Of a DNA stretch of 64,000 nucleotides, positions 60,925 to 64,000 are shown piece by piece. The first letter of the stretch is position 1; each line of letters opens with the position of its first letter. A model generated the notes under the pieces. The model did no database searches. It worked only from the letters and a program-made list of their open reading frames with translations, and was not told where the DNA came from. Source of the DNA: Raja brachyura (lineage: Eukaryota); contig OY740809.1 of the NCBI GenBank assembly GCA_963514005.1, positions 21,452,001 through 21,516,000 on the forward strand, read 5' to 3'. The position numbers and the translations under genes were made by a program.

Positions 60925-62267
60925 ACCAGTTTTCTGATCAAGGAAACTCCTTGGCTGGTTGTATTCTCAAAATTGCTTGTACTTTAAAAGATTATCAATG
61001 TGTACAAATTAACTTTGAAGTTGAGTTTCTATATTTGGCATAGTGATACATAGCCTCCATCTCTCCCCCTCTCTCTCCCCATCCCCCCTCATATCCATAA
61101 CTCTCCAGAAGCCAGTGAATTTGATAAAGCCAGGGTGCTGATAGCTGAAAATTGTATTACATATGTATTTTAAATTGCCCTCTTTTAATTATTTTTACAC
61201 AGGGCACACTTGATGTTGAAAGTTAGATGCATTTTTGAACCCCATTGGAATTATTTGGGAACTAGTAAAAAATAAAAAAAATCAGTGCAACCAGTTCTTG
61301 TAAAACTATTAAATGTTAAAACTGTACAAATCCTCTTTGGCAACTATGGTTCCTTACATTTCACAGTACAGAGTTCTGGTCAGGAAACCTTATTTCAAGA
61401 GGTAATGTCATTCACCAAACCGAAGATGAATCCATATTCCATGATGCAGTAGGGCAGTAAGTTTCCCCATTTCTTGTAGACATCCTCATTTTACCGTTTC
61501 CAAACAACAAAGTGTTACCGCAGGCATGTTATGTCCTACTTCCATTAGGGATTACAGAGTTAGATATTTTCACAGGCAGCAAATTAGATTCAAGATCTGA
61601 ATACATCTTACATTAGGTTATCTTTATAATGTACACTAAACAAATCCATACAGTTATAACTATGTGGGAAATGGAGCACTTGTTGTATATCCCCATCAAA
61701 TAAAAAACAGCTCTGTTAACTAAGTTTATAAATATTCCATTTACTGGGTAATTTATTATTCAGAGCAAAAAAAAGTTTTATTCATACAGTGATTCCTGGT
61801 GCAAATACTTAAAGAAAAACAGTGTTGATCAATTGTGTAATTTCATAAATGACCTGAACTTTATTTTCTAGGTATCAGGTACTGTGGACTGGCTGGATGC
61901 ATGGCAGATCCAAGCAAAAGAATTCCAAAATCTTTCCACTCATGATATAGAAATTCTGGTCAAAGTATAAAGTTCCAATTGTATAAAAATCCTGAGTCAA
62001 GCATGGAATTGCAATGTAACAATCCCTTAATATTGAGGTCTGTATCTGCAAGAAAGCATTTAGTCGATTATTATGGTAATGTTACATTTTCCCCATTTGT
62101 CATTGACTGATTTTACAGTTTGACATCAAAATTTCCCTTCAACATTTTGCTGGTGTTAGTTGACACTAATCTAGTGGGTGGCTACCCACTTAAGCCTTAT
62201 AGCTGGTTTTGTGCCAGATAATAAATACGTTTCCAGTACAAAATCCTTCAATGCTGACTTTTACCTT

Positions 62268-63863
62268 TCAGATTAGAAAGGCAACAAAGATTAGAAATAC
62301 ACAAAAGTTTTTATTTCCAAGAGTCCTGGAGTGAGGGGCGGGCAAGAAAGAGGAAAATGAACCAGCAAGTATAACAATTTCTGGGACTTCCCTCTACTTT
62401 GGATTCTGTAAGAAATTTTTAAAAGTACTATTCTCAATTCCAATACAATGGCAGTAGGTCCAATTGTTACAGCTTACACGTGAACCCGCAATATTAGAAG
62501 TTCCTTTGATTTCAGGCAATGCTGCATGAAAGCAACCATAATGCTATCGTCTCTGAAGACCAGCTGTATGCAATATTGTTGGCTCATGCTGACCTTGGCT
62601 TAAATTTGGAATTCCAGTCTGTAATGGAAGTTGCACTGTGTAGGCATAACCAGGATTGGGATAATGAGAAGAAATCGGGTAGAGATGTTCATATGCTGGA
62701 TACTGCGTATACAGGGCTACATTGGAATCCAGATATGAAGTGGAGGGCATAACCAAGCCAGGTTGAAGGATGGTCTGTGGGATCAGGTATGGCCCAACTC
62801 TGGAAAAAGATTGATAAAGATTGATCAGAGTACTAATAATATTCGATAGGATTTAAGAAAAACATGCAGATAATATTAAATCTGTTAGATTCTGTAATTA
62901 ACATCTAAAGAAACTCCTCAATAAAAGGTATTTTCCAAGATTAATCACTTACTCCAGGAGTTCTATTTGGAGGTTATTGTCATGATATGACTGTGAATGT
63001 GCAAAATGGCCCACTGCGGGCTGGGGGGAAGAGGAAAGAAGGGAATGACGATCAGAAAAAAAAATTCTGAGGGATTAGGATAGTGTGGTGTGCACAAGTT
63101 AATGGCGCTGGAAAATATTATTATTTAATGTGAATACCAAAAGACCAAACCAACTATTCTCAAAAGATCAAAGAAACATGCAGCACTAACCAGAAATCCT
63201 TTGTCTGTGAGGACTTAATATCTTTGCCTGCTGACAGCAGGATGCTTTCTCTGATCTCAGCAAGCTAGGAGTTAGGAATTGTGCCATGGTCACTACTCAA
63301 TCCTACAGAACTTCAAAGCTTTAATCATTGTCCAGATATTATAAAGAGGGAAATGCCGTTTGGGAGAGATTCTGATAGCTTGGAACAGTACTTCAAAAAT
63401 CAACACCTTCACAGAATAGGGGGAAATGTAGCATATTGAAAAACATATGATTTTGCTTAATATGTGAACCAAGGTTTTCCTCCAGCTTGGTATCAGAAAA
63501 TATATTAATGGATGATTTCCCCTTTCCTTAGGGAGAGTTAGTGCTTGCATAAGCCCAAAGCACTTCCACAAATTAATCCAAGCAAGGTTAGAAACTCAGT
63601 GTTCAAAATAACTTTTGCTCCAATGTAATAGTATTTTTTATCAAGAGCTGAAATGTCCCAATTTCTTTTGAGTTTCGTCAAGTCTATGTGTATTGATTTG
63701 ATACCATTGTATAAATCTCGTACAACAGATTTTCAACAAAAACTCTATTTTCTTAGGTACCAATACATTGTATTGTCGGATAAGCGCACAGAAAGGAACA
63801 TGCCTACTTACCCATAAGGTCTCTGCATCAGAGCTGAGTGAACTTGTTGTAGGCCAAGACTTC
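62268..63863 (-). other. Putative 3' exons of an unidentified minus-strand transcript (about 63812-63863, 62953-63020, 62268-62325)
   Basis: Three pyrimidine-rich acceptors, two GTAAGT donors, and a phase-compatible frame ending in a hydrophobic tail. Confidence 0.35.
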
Positions 63864-64000
63864 CTGACATGCAAGGGGAAGAGAATTTATTAATAAATAA
63901 ACAAGTTCTTTGTTAACCTGTGCAGAGATTGTATTTAGGCCAGGTGGGTTCAACCAAAGTACAAATAAACATCTCATCTTTACAAGATTCGGTTAGTTTC

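Noticed and set aside
63190-63405. Additional minus-strand exon candidate (VLIFEVLFQAIRISPKRHF...)
   Set aside because: All frames contain stops before the next plausible donor, so it cannot be placed in the coding chain.
63641-63874. ORF as the MFSD2A C-terminus expected from human synteny
   Set aside because: Only a vague resemblance (YQIN..QKKL); there is no convincing MFSD2A motif and the ORF crosses a strong splice donor.

Overview
AT-rich, repeat-dense vertebrate genomic DNA. The repeat content (HE1-type V-SINEs, CR1/HER1 LINEs, Penelope, Rex1/Babar) suggests a cartilaginous fish, probably a skate or ray; this is an inference. I assembled two complete, convergent spliced genes by hand from GT-AG exons. 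PPT1 (palmitoyl-protein thioesterase 1) is on the + strand, CDS 1735-14919, 9 exons, 303 aa, with an intact Ser-Asp-His triad. CAP1 (adenylyl cyclase-associated protein 1) is on the - strand, CDS 49336-21241, 12 coding exons, 457 aa, with a CpG-rich promoter and non-coding exon 1 near 57.4-57.7 kb. Most entries in the ORF track are spurious or transposon-derived. Notable observations: (i) many Penelope pseudo-LTR fragments carry minimal hammerhead-ribozyme motifs, and the intact intronic copies lie antisense to the host gene; (ii) a candidate recursive-splicing site and a c-fos-identical CArG box at the CAP1 5' end; (iii) an ATA in place of the ancestral CAP1 start ATG; (iv) a TTAA-flanked foldback MITE; (v) an unidentified set of phase-compatible minus-strand exons at 62-64 kb. 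No prokaryote-type novel system (CRISPR, retron etc.) is supported.
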